Shown piece by piece: positions 40,950-50,549 of a stretch of 64,000 nt of DNA. The stretch lies in contig CP143273.1 in assembly GCA_051013385.1 (NCBI GenBank), forward strand, positions 1,024,001 through 1,088,000. Direction: 5' to 3'. The position numbers were made by a program, and so were the translations under genes. The notes under the pieces are model-generated. The model was not told the DNA's origin, did no database searches, and saw only the letters and a list, made by a program, of their open reading frames with translations. Every line of letters starts with the position of its first letter. Positions within the stretch are counted from its first letter, which is position 1. Source of the stretch: Phormidium sp. GTDB taxonomy: Bacteria; Cyanobacteriota; Cyanobacteriia; Cyanobacteriales; Aerosakkonemataceae.

Positions 40950-41160
40950 AATCGATCGCACTCTATCCAATTTAATTAACAAGCGATCGCATTCCCCACA
41001 CTTATTCAAAAAACGATCGCACTTCTATCCCCATACCCCAAAACAAGCGATCGCAATCATAAACGAACCATTGACAGACATCCGCTAATTGCATTTCTCA
41101 CATCTATCCTCAGAGCGATCACACTTCCTCTACTTTATGGGATGATTGCGTTTCCCATAT
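40950..41160. repeat. HIP1-rich repeat block 3
   Basis: ~120-bp direct repeat of block 1. Confidence 0.8.
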
Positions 41161-41817
41161 TTATACTTTCTCGCCTCGTGCTGCTTTTGCTCCCATATCA
41201 TCTGCTTCTTTTTCTAAGGCGGGGTCGGCATTGATGGGCAGACCTTTACTTTGTGAAGGTACTCTTACTCGTCCAGCGCGTTGTTGCACGACATGAGTTA
41301 GTTCGTGGCCTAATAGAGATTGCCCTGAAGGAGTATCGGGTTTGTATTGTCCGGGGGCAAAGTGAATGTTGGTTCCTTGGGTATAAGCTAAAGCACCAAT
41401 AGACTTGGCTTGAGTGCTGCCAGTATGGATTTTGACATCGCCAAAGCTAGTGCCAAACGATGTTTCCATTTTGGCTCGAATTGCGCTGGGGATGGAATTA
41501 CCAGAACTGGAGGAAGTAGGGGCTGGGGCTGGTTGGCGTTGAATGGAACTCTGCTCGGATTTCATTTGTTCGGGTTCTTCTTCTGCCTGTCGCTGAATGG
41601 GAAGATTTGCTCGTCCTGGGGCTGCTTTGGCTTGCAGTGCTGGCATTTGGGTTAAGTTGTGACCAAAGCGGGTAGCGCGACTTAGTTGGGTTTTTAGGTT
41701 GCCTGATGGTGGTGGTGGGGGATTGGCGGCTGTTGTTTTGCTTTGGACTGCAAATTCGGGGATTTCGACATTTGTTTGGGTTTGAGGTGATTTTTGTATG
41801 TGTTCTTGGGTACTCAT
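41161..41817 (-). CDS. DUF4157 (eCIS core domain) protein with HExxH motif
   Basis: METSFGTSFGDVKIH…GALAYTQGTNIHFAPGQY…LLGHELTHVVQQ…LEKEAD; aagga RBS. Confidence 0.9.
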   Translation of the reverse strand: MSTQEHIQKSPQTQTNVEIPEFAVQSKTTAANPPPPPSGNLKTQLSRATRFGHNLTQMPALQAKAAPGRANLPIQRQAEEEPEQMKSEQSSIQRQPAPAPTSSSSGNSIPSAIRAKMETSFGTSFGDVKIHTGSTQAKSIGALAYTQGTNIHFAPGQYKPDTPSGQSLLGHELTHVVQQRAGRVRVPSQSKGLPINADPALEKEADDMGAKAARGEKV

Positions 41818-41828
41818 TGGTTGGTTCC

Positions 41829-42233
41829 TTATAGAGAAATAATCTGAATTTCCGTGACTCGGTGAATCGGTTTGGTTGGCTTTTCAGTGGTAATCAGTTG
41901 GTCTGCTTTAATTTGCAGGGCAGCTGCTACATGAATGGCATCCATCGCAGCTAAACCGTAAGTGGAGGCAATTTGTTGAGCTTTTTGGATAATTTGCTCC
42001 AAATCGGTTGCCCAGTGAATGACAGCATTAAAAAAGGTTTCATAAAATTCGATTTCGTCTTGTTGTTGGTTAAAAGTGGCTTTAGGCAAAATTTCTAATT
42101 GAACGAAGGGACTTGAGGCAAATTCCCGATTTTCATCGTTAAGAATCTGATTAGCCCTGATGCTGATTGGCTCAATGCCTTGAAAGGCAGCAATCAATAC
42201 ACCAGAGTCTAAATATGTCTTCTTACGACTCAC
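41829..42233 (-). CDS. PIN-domain (VapC-like) toxin
   Basis: YLDSGVLI, VQLEIL, DAIHVAAA, LITTEK. Confidence 0.85.
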   Translation of the reverse strand: MSRKKTYLDSGVLIAAFQGIEPISIRANQILNDENREFASSPFVQLEILPKATFNQQQDEIEFYETFFNAVIHWATDLEQIIQKAQQIASTYGLAAMDAIHVAAALQIKADQLITTEKPTKPIHRVTEIQIISL

Positions 42234-42483
42234 TCAATCCACCTCGACGTGCAGCAAGTTCGAGTTCAATTTCGTCTTCGTTGAGCAGTTGCAAACCAGC
42301 AGATATGGCTCGTTGTCGGATTTCCCATAATTTTTTGGCTAAGGGGGTTTGTGGCACAAAATCAGTTTCGGAGGGTGTTGTTTCTGACTCAGATTTAAGG
42401 AGTTTCACAAATTCCAAAACTTTTTGTTGCTTTTCTGGTGCGAGTTCTCGCCAGTGTTCCAGTAGTTCTTCTTCTTTAGCCAT
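42223..42483 (-). CDS. Small putative antitoxin (DUF2281-like)
   Basis: LAPEKQQKVLEFVKLL motif; overlaps the PIN gene start. Confidence 0.65.
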   Translation of the reverse strand: MAKEEELLEHWRELAPEKQQKVLEFVKLLKSESETTPSETDFVPQTPLAKKLWEIRQRAISAGLQLLNEDEIELELAARRGGLSES

Positions 42484-42545
42484 AAAGACCTCACTATATG
42501 AAAGCTAATTTGTTAACGGTGGGCACGCTCTAAACTAAAGTAGAG

Positions 42546-42704
42546 ATTGCCAAAAAAATGTCGATTTGAATCAAAATCATTCATCGTAATGCCCACCCTA
42601 CTTCTCTCATTGGTTGGTTCCTTTTTGTATATAGATTTGTGGGGTGGGCATTGCCGAAAAATATCGAATTTAATCAAAATCATCCATACTAATGCCCAAC
42701 CTAC
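42546..42704. repeat. Two related REP-like units
   Basis: attgcc…tcaaaatcat…aatgcccaccctac (42546-42601) and attgcc…tcaaaatcat…aatgcccaacctac (42650-42704). Confidence 0.65.
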
Positions 42705-42752
42705 TACTGTTTAGCTCACAATAACTCTACATCTGTGTTCATCTGTGTACAT

Positions 42753-43817
42753 TTAGTCTATCTGCATTTCATTCTCTTCCTCCCCGTTTCTCCCTTCAAA
42801 TAATCGGTCTGTTAGCTCATCCATCTGCACTTTTATTGTCATTAACTCGTTAGTAAGTTCTTCCGCTTCATTTTCAGGCCAGTTCCTCGACTCAATCCCC
42901 GCTTGTAAGTTCATAAACGATCTTTTTATGCTTCCGATTCCGAATTCAACAAACGGATGATTTCTTCCCAGATTTCTTACTCCGTTTATCCCCGCTGCTG
43001 CATTTATCCCTCCTAACTCTGGTACTAAATTGTCCAGATCGTTATAGTACAATCTTGCATCCCTTAATGTGTAAAACCATCTGGGCTGAGGTTGGCGGTT
43101 GTTGTGGCCGAGCATCGTTTGACGCATCGATTCCCACGATATCTGATGATCTATATGCACCCCCTCTACATTTACTTGTACACCAGATGCCGTGCGGATA
43201 CTTATGATCCGATTCCCAGCATATTGGGGATTATACCTGGTTAACACCGCCTCTCTCGTACCAGGAAAATTTGCCGTCCTTTGCCTAAAATCTGGTTTTT
43301 GATGTGTATCATTAAAAATCTCATCTTGTCCCCGAGGATTATAATTACCAGTATTGGCTACTGGTCTTTCCCTTTCTCCTCCAATTGGTACCGCTCTTTG
43401 CAATACCTCATTTTCTTTCTTCTGGCTCAGTTCTATGTTATTCTCTTCTTTTGCTCTCTGATTTCTTGCTGGCTCACTCATATTCTGCGTATACTCTCCT
43501 TTTTTCTGAATGTCCCCCTTTCTTGTAAATCCTGAATCTTTTTTATTTGGTGGTAGTTGCCCTTCCTTCTCCTCTTGCTGAAACGAGTTCTGCACTGCAA
43601 AGTTATCAATTCCAGCTATTTTACTGACGTGATGCCCATATCTCTCAGCCTGCATCAAAGAAGTCTTCAACCCCGACTTCTTACCCTCTTCCCCCTCTTT
43701 CGACTGCACCACAAAAGGACGCGACTCAAACATCCCCCCATCAGAAACCGAGGAAAACTCCGAAGTTCTTTTACTGGGACTTTCCATTCTGCTAACAACT
43801 TGCTTTTCCATAACCAT
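42753..43817 (-). CDS. Putative CIS cargo/effector with C-terminal HNH-like (GH-E-like) nuclease motif
   Basis: Directly downstream of the ATPase; low-complexity N-terminus sharing a motif with the DUF4157 protein; HIDH…W…YYNDLDNL…N motif; start likely 43817 or 43811. Confidence 0.55.
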   Translation of the reverse strand: MVMEKQVVSRMESPSKRTSEFSSVSDGGMFESRPFVVQSKEGEEGKKSGLKTSLMQAERYGHHVSKIAGIDNFAVQNSFQQEEKEGQLPPNKKDSGFTRKGDIQKKGEYTQNMSEPARNQRAKEENNIELSQKKENEVLQRAVPIGGERERPVANTGNYNPRGQDEIFNDTHQKPDFRQRTANFPGTREAVLTRYNPQYAGNRIISIRTASGVQVNVEGVHIDHQISWESMRQTMLGHNNRQPQPRWFYTLRDARLYYNDLDNLVPELGGINAAAGINGVRNLGRNHPFVEFGIGSIKRSFMNLQAGIESRNWPENEAEELTNELMTIKVQMDELTDRLFEGRNGEEENEMQID

Positions 43818-43861
43818 AACTTCATCAAAAGTAAAACCAACAAAACCATCTGCCAACAACC

Positions 43862-45868
43862 TTAAACCCAACCCCTAACTTCAGCATCCGTAAGCGGACG
43901 TTCTAATTTGACATACTCATTCTTAGTCGCCTGCAATAAATGCTGCATCGTCACCACATCCCCCGCATCCGATGCCAAAAACGCCGCATTCAAAGCAATA
44001 TTGCGGATATTCCCCCCCGCTACATTCAACTGCGCCAATTTTTCCGGGTCTAAACCTGCCGTCGGTGTGGCTTTGGGAAACACTCTGCGCCAAATTTCCG
44101 CCCGTTGATTCGCATCGGGAAAGGGAAACTGGACAATAAACCGCAGGCGGCGCAAAAAAGCCTGATCCAAAGCACCTTTAATATTAGTAGTCAACACCGA
44201 CAACCCCCGGTAAGCTTCCATCCGTTGCAACAGATAACTCACCTCCACATTAGAATGACGGTCATGGGAATCTTTCACCTCAGTGCGTTTGCCAAACAAA
44301 GCATCCGCCTCATCAAACAGCAAAATCACCCCGCCCAACTCCGCCGCATCAAACACCCGCCGCAGATTCTTTTCCGTCTCCCCAATATACTTACTAATTA
44401 CCGCACTCAAATCGATGCGGTACAAATCCAACCGCAACTCTCGCGCCAACACCTCCGCCGCCATCGTTTTCCCCGTCCCGCTACCCCCAGCAAACAAAGC
44501 GCTGATACCCAATCCCCGGTTACTACTCCCCCCAAAACCCCAGCGTCCGTAAACATTCGCCCGTTGCTTCACATGGGCTGCAATATCTCTGACGATTTGC
44601 AACTGCGCCTCTGGCAATACCAAATCATCCCATCCCGCAATACAATCGATGCGTTGTGCCAAATCATCCAACTTGGGACGGGCTTGGGCGCGACAAGTAT
44701 CCCAAATTAACACACTAAAATCTAGTAAACGTTCAGATACTTCCGCCTGTTGCCATTGAATCCGGGCTTGGGAACAAGCCGCTTCAATTACCGGAACGCT
44801 GAGGTTAAAATTAGAAACCAAAGCATCCACTTGACCGTTTAAAGATGCCGCCACCGTTCCCAAAGCCGTTTCCCAAACTTGGTGTTGTTCCTGGGTAGTG
44901 GGACGTTCAATCTCAAAAGCTAACGAAGGTCTAAGTCGCGCCCGTCTGCGGTCAGTAGTAGCAATCATAATCGGAGAACCTATCGATTCGCACAAATGGG
45001 TAATCGCCGCATCCCTGGCAGTATCCCCCGCTTCCAAATCATCGCACTCAATTAATAAAGCACATCTACCCAAAGCAACTTCCCGCTCCCAAATTAGCTT
45101 AAACTGATTCAACTCGCTGGGATTAGTTGGGACATAGTGGGCAGCAATAGCATACAAATTTAACTCCGAAATTTGACAGACCACAAAAGCTATTGGTCGT
45201 TTGCTAGCCACCTCCCCACCGCATAATTGCAAAATGGGCAACTCAAAATCATCATTAATTTCTTCTGACCAAGCAGCCACCATTTTGTGTACTATCTGCC
45301 AATGAGATGATACCAAATCATTGATGCCGAACACAGGTTCAACCATTCCCAACAAACGATTATCTAAATGTTGTACCCCCATAAGATAATGCAGTATCCG
45401 CTCATCAATCCGCAAAGGGCTAGTCATCAAACCACCCCCCGACCCCACTTCAATTAACCGCCATTGGCGAAGCGCTTTTGCCGGAGTAAAAGCACTCCAA
45501 TGTACGCCTTCTAAAACTGCTGCTGCTAAACCAAATGTTGGATATTTGCGCTGTTCATCTCCACTGGCAAGGGCACAAAGCAAAGGAAAACTCGCATCTA
45601 ATTCTACTCCCGCGCATAACAAGAGTATATCTCGTTCAAAGTCGCTGAGATTAAAGATAGTGCAGATGCGTTCTAAAGCTGAAGTTTGGCTGGAAGAAAT
45701 CGGGTTTTCTGGGAGACTTTCACTAAATTGTTCTTCGCTAAATTCAATCCCTTCACTTTCTAGTAATTTTGGGTCAGCGTGTTCTATTAATCGCTGACGA
45801 ACTTTCGCCAATGCCGTAATCAGATAATTATGATTTGTAATTTGCCAGTTATCGTTTGTTGTAATCAT
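43862..45868 (-). CDS. eCIS AAA+ ATPase (Afp15/Pvc15-like)
   Basis: GGSGTGKT, SKYIGETEKNL, LLFDEADALFGKRTEVKDSHDR. Confidence 0.93.
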   Translation of the reverse strand: MITTNDNWQITNHNYLITALAKVRQRLIEHADPKLLESEGIEFSEEQFSESLPENPISSSQTSALERICTIFNLSDFERDILLLCAGVELDASFPLLCALASGDEQRKYPTFGLAAAVLEGVHWSAFTPAKALRQWRLIEVGSGGGLMTSPLRIDERILHYLMGVQHLDNRLLGMVEPVFGINDLVSSHWQIVHKMVAAWSEEINDDFELPILQLCGGEVASKRPIAFVVCQISELNLYAIAAHYVPTNPSELNQFKLIWEREVALGRCALLIECDDLEAGDTARDAAITHLCESIGSPIMIATTDRRRARLRPSLAFEIERPTTQEQHQVWETALGTVAASLNGQVDALVSNFNLSVPVIEAACSQARIQWQQAEVSERLLDFSVLIWDTCRAQARPKLDDLAQRIDCIAGWDDLVLPEAQLQIVRDIAAHVKQRANVYGRWGFGGSSNRGLGISALFAGGSGTGKTMAAEVLARELRLDLYRIDLSAVISKYIGETEKNLRRVFDAAELGGVILLFDEADALFGKRTEVKDSHDRHSNVEVSYLLQRMEAYRGLSVLTTNIKGALDQAFLRRLRFIVQFPFPDANQRAEIWRRVFPKATPTAGLDPEKLAQLNVAGGNIRNIALNAAFLASDAGDVVTMQHLLQATKNEYVKLERPLTDAEVRGWV

Positions 45869-45943
45869 ATTTTTTATCCTTGATAATTTATGTTGTTTTA
45901 TATAACCAAAAATTTGAATAAACCATTTGCATTTATCTGCGTT

Positions 45944-47203
45944 CTAAATCGTAATTCTAGGGCTGACATACCAACCAAAAGTAGAATTACTAGAATCATT
46001 ATCATAAATCAACAAACTTTCAGCCTCATCCACCTGCACCCGCACCAAATATTCTCCAGCTTTCACCTTTTGTACAGGAATAGTTATTTCCATTACTTGT
46101 TCCTTCCGAATTGTAGTTTTAAATATGTAAGCGACTGGCTTTTGTATTGACCATTCATTTAGGATTAAAACCACAATTTGTCCCTTATAAACTGCCAAAT
46201 CTAATACCAGTTTTACATCCGCCGAACGAGTACCATTTCCCGCAACTCGCATATTAGAAACTTCCACCGATTTTATCGTTGGACGCAATACAAAAGTACC
46301 CAAATTTGACTCTATACCTTTATAAGGGCCAACTAGGTGCAATCTTGCTCCCGGATGTACTATCTGTAAACTTTGAATACCAAAACGTAACGCTTTTGGC
46401 GGTACTAACGATAAAGGAAAAATAATTTCAGTATCATTAGTTGGTTGAACTTCTATTTCCGCTCCCCTAATGCGTACAAAAGTAGGAGAATTGGACAAAT
46501 TACGACCAATAATTACTAAAGTACTACTAGCAACTATTGGTTCTAATTTACCTGATTGCGCGACGATGCGATCGATAAATATTTGACTAAAGGGCATTAC
46601 TAAAGAACTGCGATCGCGCACAGGTAAAGCTCTAGTTCCTGATTCTTCGCCCTCAATTAAAACTACACTACCTTTATAACCCGCAGAAAGAGCATAAGGT
46701 GTTTGGAAAAATACTGACCAAATTTTAGACATATCTTCTAAAGTAATATCTGTAGGTGTAATGCGAATAGGCTCGATTTGCTCTGCCAAATCTGCTCCAG
46801 ATAAAACATCCGATGTTCGATCGGCTAAAGTATCTCTAATCATATCGGGAGTAATAGTAAACCCATCTTGTAAAGTGCGAATTACACAACCCAACATTCG
46901 TTGCGGCTCAAACTCATTTTCTTTACCATAAAAACTAAACATATACCTCAAATCTAAAGCAGCTTGACTACGCTTTATTAATTCGCCTTTTGGTCGTCTT
47001 AAAGAAGTATGATTATTGCCATAAGCTATATTTGGTTGCACCATATATAGGTAAATGTTCAAGCAAGCTTCAGTAAATCCGCCCTCTCTTGTGTGAGGTG
47101 GATTAGTCGTTACCCTAGCCCCATAAACCTCCTCTTGGATAACCATTTGCAGTATCCTTTGTAGAGTTGCTGTTACAGATGCAATAGCCAAATAGTTACT
47201 CAT
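45944..47203 (-). CDS. DUF4255 / Afp16-like tail terminator-cap protein with C-terminal IPT-like domains
   Basis: MSNYLAIASVTATL, LNIYLY, SKIWSVFFQTPYALS. Confidence 0.85.
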   Translation of the reverse strand: MSNYLAIASVTATLQRILQMVIQEEVYGARVTTNPPHTREGGFTEACLNIYLYMVQPNIAYGNNHTSLRRPKGELIKRSQAALDLRYMFSFYGKENEFEPQRMLGCVIRTLQDGFTITPDMIRDTLADRTSDVLSGADLAEQIEPIRITPTDITLEDMSKIWSVFFQTPYALSAGYKGSVVLIEGEESGTRALPVRDRSSLVMPFSQIFIDRIVAQSGKLEPIVASSTLVIIGRNLSNSPTFVRIRGAEIEVQPTNDTEIIFPLSLVPPKALRFGIQSLQIVHPGARLHLVGPYKGIESNLGTFVLRPTIKSVEVSNMRVAGNGTRSADVKLVLDLAVYKGQIVVLILNEWSIQKPVAYIFKTTIRKEQVMEITIPVQKVKAGEYLVRVQVDEAESLLIYDNDSSNSTFGWYVSPRITI

Positions 47204-47206
47204 GGC

Positions 47207-48229
47207 TTACCTATAAACAATATCAAGATCGTAAGTACAAAAAGCAGGTTTTTCTCGATCAATTATATCCCTAACTATTTGTTCATCTATTTCTTTATCT
47301 GGGTCAGGTCGCAAACAAACAATAAAGTGAAATGGACGACCGCCTCCTAACATAGAATCAACCCCAATTGTGGTTGTTCCTAAAAGGAAACCCCCCGAAA
47401 ATATTTCTTCTATACCAATATGCTTCTGTACTTCTGGTAAATCTTCATCTAAAGGTAATCCTGTATAAAGATGCAGGTAAAATCGCAGCCCAAAGCGCGT
47501 TCCATGCCAACGATAAAGTTCGATCGCATTGCGAATTAAACGCCGCTGTTGCTGCATATTCCAATGAGGATCGATCGGCCAAGCAACCCACTGAGCAAGG
47601 AAAGGAAGCATGGCTTCAGGAGCAGTTAAAGGATCTAAATAAGACCATAAAACTTCTTCAATTTGAACCACCGGATCAAAAGCTTGCTCAAAAATACCAA
47701 CAAAGCGCCCAATAAAGTCTACTTCTTTATAAATATTTGGCAGGAAATTTAAGTAAGAAGTGTTAGGGCGAACGCAGAGGTTAAATACTCGGTAGGCAAT
47801 TAATTGCCTTTGATTATTAGTTTCTGCGTAAATCGAAACTTGGGCTTCGTAATTTAATTTAAGGCGCGATCTTCTTTGGTTTAGAACAAATTGATTTTCA
47901 AAAAAATCTGTGGGAACTTCAAAATATAAAGATTCATCTAACTTAGAAAAAGCCGGAATTTCTGCGGCAGTTTCTTGATACCAATCACACCAATTTATCG
48001 GAAAGTCCCCGGTGATTTCTAAGCGCCATGTTATAGAGCGATCGCTTAAGTTTTCTAACTCTATTAACATTTCACTTGTCTCTCCGGGAAGGAGAAGTAA
48101 GTTATTGGTAATCAGTTCTTCTTGGTTGTTTCCGGCAAAACTGGCGATCGCAGATGAATCGCTTGCTTCCATGAGGTTCATGGAGGAAAGTTTAATGTTT
48201 ACAGTGGGAAGGTAGTGGGTTTGAGTCAT
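47207..48229 (-). CDS. Baseplate wedge / phage tail protein I-like
   Basis: YLNFLPNIY…RFVGIFE…LDPLTAP…LPFLAQWV…YRWHGT…KPAF. Confidence 0.85.
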   Translation of the reverse strand: MTQTHYLPTVNIKLSSMNLMEASDSSAIASFAGNNQEELITNNLLLLPGETSEMLIELENLSDRSITWRLEITGDFPINWCDWYQETAAEIPAFSKLDESLYFEVPTDFFENQFVLNQRRSRLKLNYEAQVSIYAETNNQRQLIAYRVFNLCVRPNTSYLNFLPNIYKEVDFIGRFVGIFEQAFDPVVQIEEVLWSYLDPLTAPEAMLPFLAQWVAWPIDPHWNMQQQRRLIRNAIELYRWHGTRFGLRFYLHLYTGLPLDEDLPEVQKHIGIEEIFSGGFLLGTTTIGVDSMLGGGRPFHFIVCLRPDPDKEIDEQIVRDIIDREKPAFCTYDLDIVYR

Positions 48230-48312
48230 GAAGTTTAAGATTTTTTGACTGCTACAGACGCAGAGGGTACAGAGAGGAGAAATGGAGGAATTTAGGGAGT
48301 TGAGTAATTATT

Positions 48313-50547
48313 TTATTCATAAAATTCTATTGTGTGACCCGATCGTACTTGGCTATTTTCTTCATCAGCCCAAGATGAAATTAAGCCTAATGAACCGGGA
48401 TAAATCATACTTTGGGGTGTTTCTTCACGAAACCATTCAGAGCCATATTTTAGTAATTCAAATATTTCCACAATTCCTAAATAACGAACTCCAGGGATTT
48501 TTTGGCACAATGCGACAATATCAGAAGGATATACAGGACGACCTAAAGGCCAACCATTTCCTTCGATACCACCAGTGAGAGGATTTAGGAATTGGTATAA
48601 AGCAATTAATAGTTGAAGGCGAATCTGTTCTTGAGCACGAATGTTGTTATATTTTGGCTCAATAATTACTTCCGTTCTCACACTTACGCCGATGTATTGT
48701 GGTTCATACAATTTAACTTCTACTCCCAAAGGTTTGCGGTCTTTCATGTAATCTAGAATTTGCCTTTCTAGTTGGGAATCAAGAACAAAAACGCGATCGG
48801 GATTCATCCCTTTAGATAAATCTAATCGATCGGCTTCAGGTACAATTAATAATTGAACTAACCCAGGTGTAGCTTTTGCTGGATCTGTAATACAATGTAC
48901 TCTGGCAACAGTTCTAGAAGCTTGTTTAGCTACATTCTCAAAATCTTCTGGAGTAACAGCAGACTTGCGAGTTCTTAACAGTTGAGGAACTCGAATTACA
49001 GCTTGTTCTAAAGATTCTGCATCAGTTCCACCAGTAGCAGGTTTATAGTTGGTGACACTTTTTACATAAGGAATAGAGGTTTTGGGAATAATTAGTTTTT
49101 CTGCTTGCACATTACCGCGCAGTCCTCCTCCCGTGCGATAAGCAACCATATAAATTTCTGCACCAGGAGGGGGAACTTTGCCATATTGTCGTTCTAATGC
49201 GATCGCACCATCAACCATACTAGGTTGGATCATCGCTAAATTTCGCACCTCTCTAGCATCGCGCCGAACAATAGTTGCACTGGGCTGAATTAGCGATCGC
49301 TGTTGTGTCCTAACTTGAAGTTGCGAAGGTTCTCGAATTAACGGGCCAAACTGAATTATTCCCGTTTGCGAATCAATGGTATAGTGAGGGTCATTTGGGC
49401 CAGAATCCGCAAAATCAGGAACTTCTAACCATCGTTCCGGTTCGCCGTTAATCGGTATGACTTCAATATACTCATCTTCTTTGCGTTGTAAAACAGGTTT
49501 TCCCTGCAACTCAAAAGATTGTCCTGGTTTTCCGTCGCTGACTCCCACCAATTCCTCTTCATTGCGAATACATTCGCTAGCATTAACTGAACCACCAATG
49601 GAATACACAGCTAAACCAACAATACTCGGTGAAGTGCTGTAACTCGGCTGTAATTCTTGGGGATGGGTGTAAACACACCGTATCCAACGACCTTGGTAAT
49701 CAGTGCCAAAATCTGCGATCGGCCATTGCTGCGGTAAATGTAAGACAACATCGGCTCCATCTACCACAGGATTTGCGGCTTCCTCTCCGAGTCTGTCAAA
49801 ACTAAAACCTTTGGTCCGATCATCTTCTGGAACCCTTAAAATAGTTGATTGCCAATTAATTCCATTCCAAACTTCCCACCTCAATGGAGGATTATCGGGA
49901 TCAATACCAGTAGTTCTAGCAGCTTCACCTCTAAAATTAAGGGCAATCACATTTCCTTCAATTGGATTAGCTGGATCTTCTTCAGTTAATACAATATAAA
50001 AACAATTATCGGGACTAGATTGCTCGAAAAGCAGCGTTTCTTCTAAGTTTTGCCAATTATTATTTAGGGGAGAGCGATCGGTTAAATTCTGCGGTTTATT
50101 TTCTGGGATTAATGCAGTCAGAAAGTGTTTAATTTGAGGATTGCCAATTATTAATTCTCGGTCTGTACTAAAGATAATTGCTTCTTGAGTTTCCGTTCGT
50201 AAAGTAGCAACTTCGATCGCATAAGGAATAACTATTGGCTCAGGTTGATATCTAGTTAAATAAAATGTCAACTCACACCAAGCTGGTGCAGGAGGTTGTA
50301 AGCGAATTCCCAATAACTCTAGAAACGCCACATAATTTCGTCGCGGAACTTGGTTAAATCGCATTAACATTTGGTCGGTTAACCAAGCAAACAATTCAAT
50401 TAGAGTTATTCCCGGATCGCCTGGATTATGATTTGTCCATTCTGGACAATAGCGAGGGATACGGAGAATACATTCTTCCACTAAATCGCTAAAAGTGCGA
50501 TCGTCAAGATTTGATTTAGGTAAATTAGGTAAAAAATCAAATTCCAT
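48313..50547 (-). CDS. Baseplate J / Afp11-like protein
   Basis: LDDRTF…PEWTNHNPGDPGITLIELF, GGTDAES, AVTPEDFE, GWPLGR. Confidence 0.92.
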   Translation of the reverse strand: MEFDFLPNLPKSNLDDRTFSDLVEECILRIPRYCPEWTNHNPGDPGITLIELFAWLTDQMLMRFNQVPRRNYVAFLELLGIRLQPPAPAWCELTFYLTRYQPEPIVIPYAIEVATLRTETQEAIIFSTDRELIIGNPQIKHFLTALIPENKPQNLTDRSPLNNNWQNLEETLLFEQSSPDNCFYIVLTEEDPANPIEGNVIALNFRGEAARTTGIDPDNPPLRWEVWNGINWQSTILRVPEDDRTKGFSFDRLGEEAANPVVDGADVVLHLPQQWPIADFGTDYQGRWIRCVYTHPQELQPSYSTSPSIVGLAVYSIGGSVNASECIRNEEELVGVSDGKPGQSFELQGKPVLQRKEDEYIEVIPINGEPERWLEVPDFADSGPNDPHYTIDSQTGIIQFGPLIREPSQLQVRTQQRSLIQPSATIVRRDAREVRNLAMIQPSMVDGAIALERQYGKVPPPGAEIYMVAYRTGGGLRGNVQAEKLIIPKTSIPYVKSVTNYKPATGGTDAESLEQAVIRVPQLLRTRKSAVTPEDFENVAKQASRTVARVHCITDPAKATPGLVQLLIVPEADRLDLSKGMNPDRVFVLDSQLERQILDYMKDRKPLGVEVKLYEPQYIGVSVRTEVIIEPKYNNIRAQEQIRLQLLIALYQFLNPLTGGIEGNGWPLGRPVYPSDIVALCQKIPGVRYLGIVEIFELLKYGSEWFREETPQSMIYPGSLGLISSWADEENSQVRSGHTIEFYE

Positions 50548-50549
50548 AA

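Noticed and set aside
39001..41160. CRISPR array or fdxN-type excision element
   Set aside because: Repeats are irregular HIP1-based units without constant spacer length; no cas or xisF recombinase gene is present
44105..44710. 201-aa plus-strand ORF and other antisense ORFs in the track
   Set aside because: Shadows of well-supported genes (ATPase, MORN, tubes, DUF4280) with no independent features
41100..46500. Apparent HIP1 depletion as evidence of horizontal acquisition of the ATPase/cargo segment
   Set aside because: A similar gap occurs by eye at ~49.3-55.0 kb; not distinguishable without a statistical count
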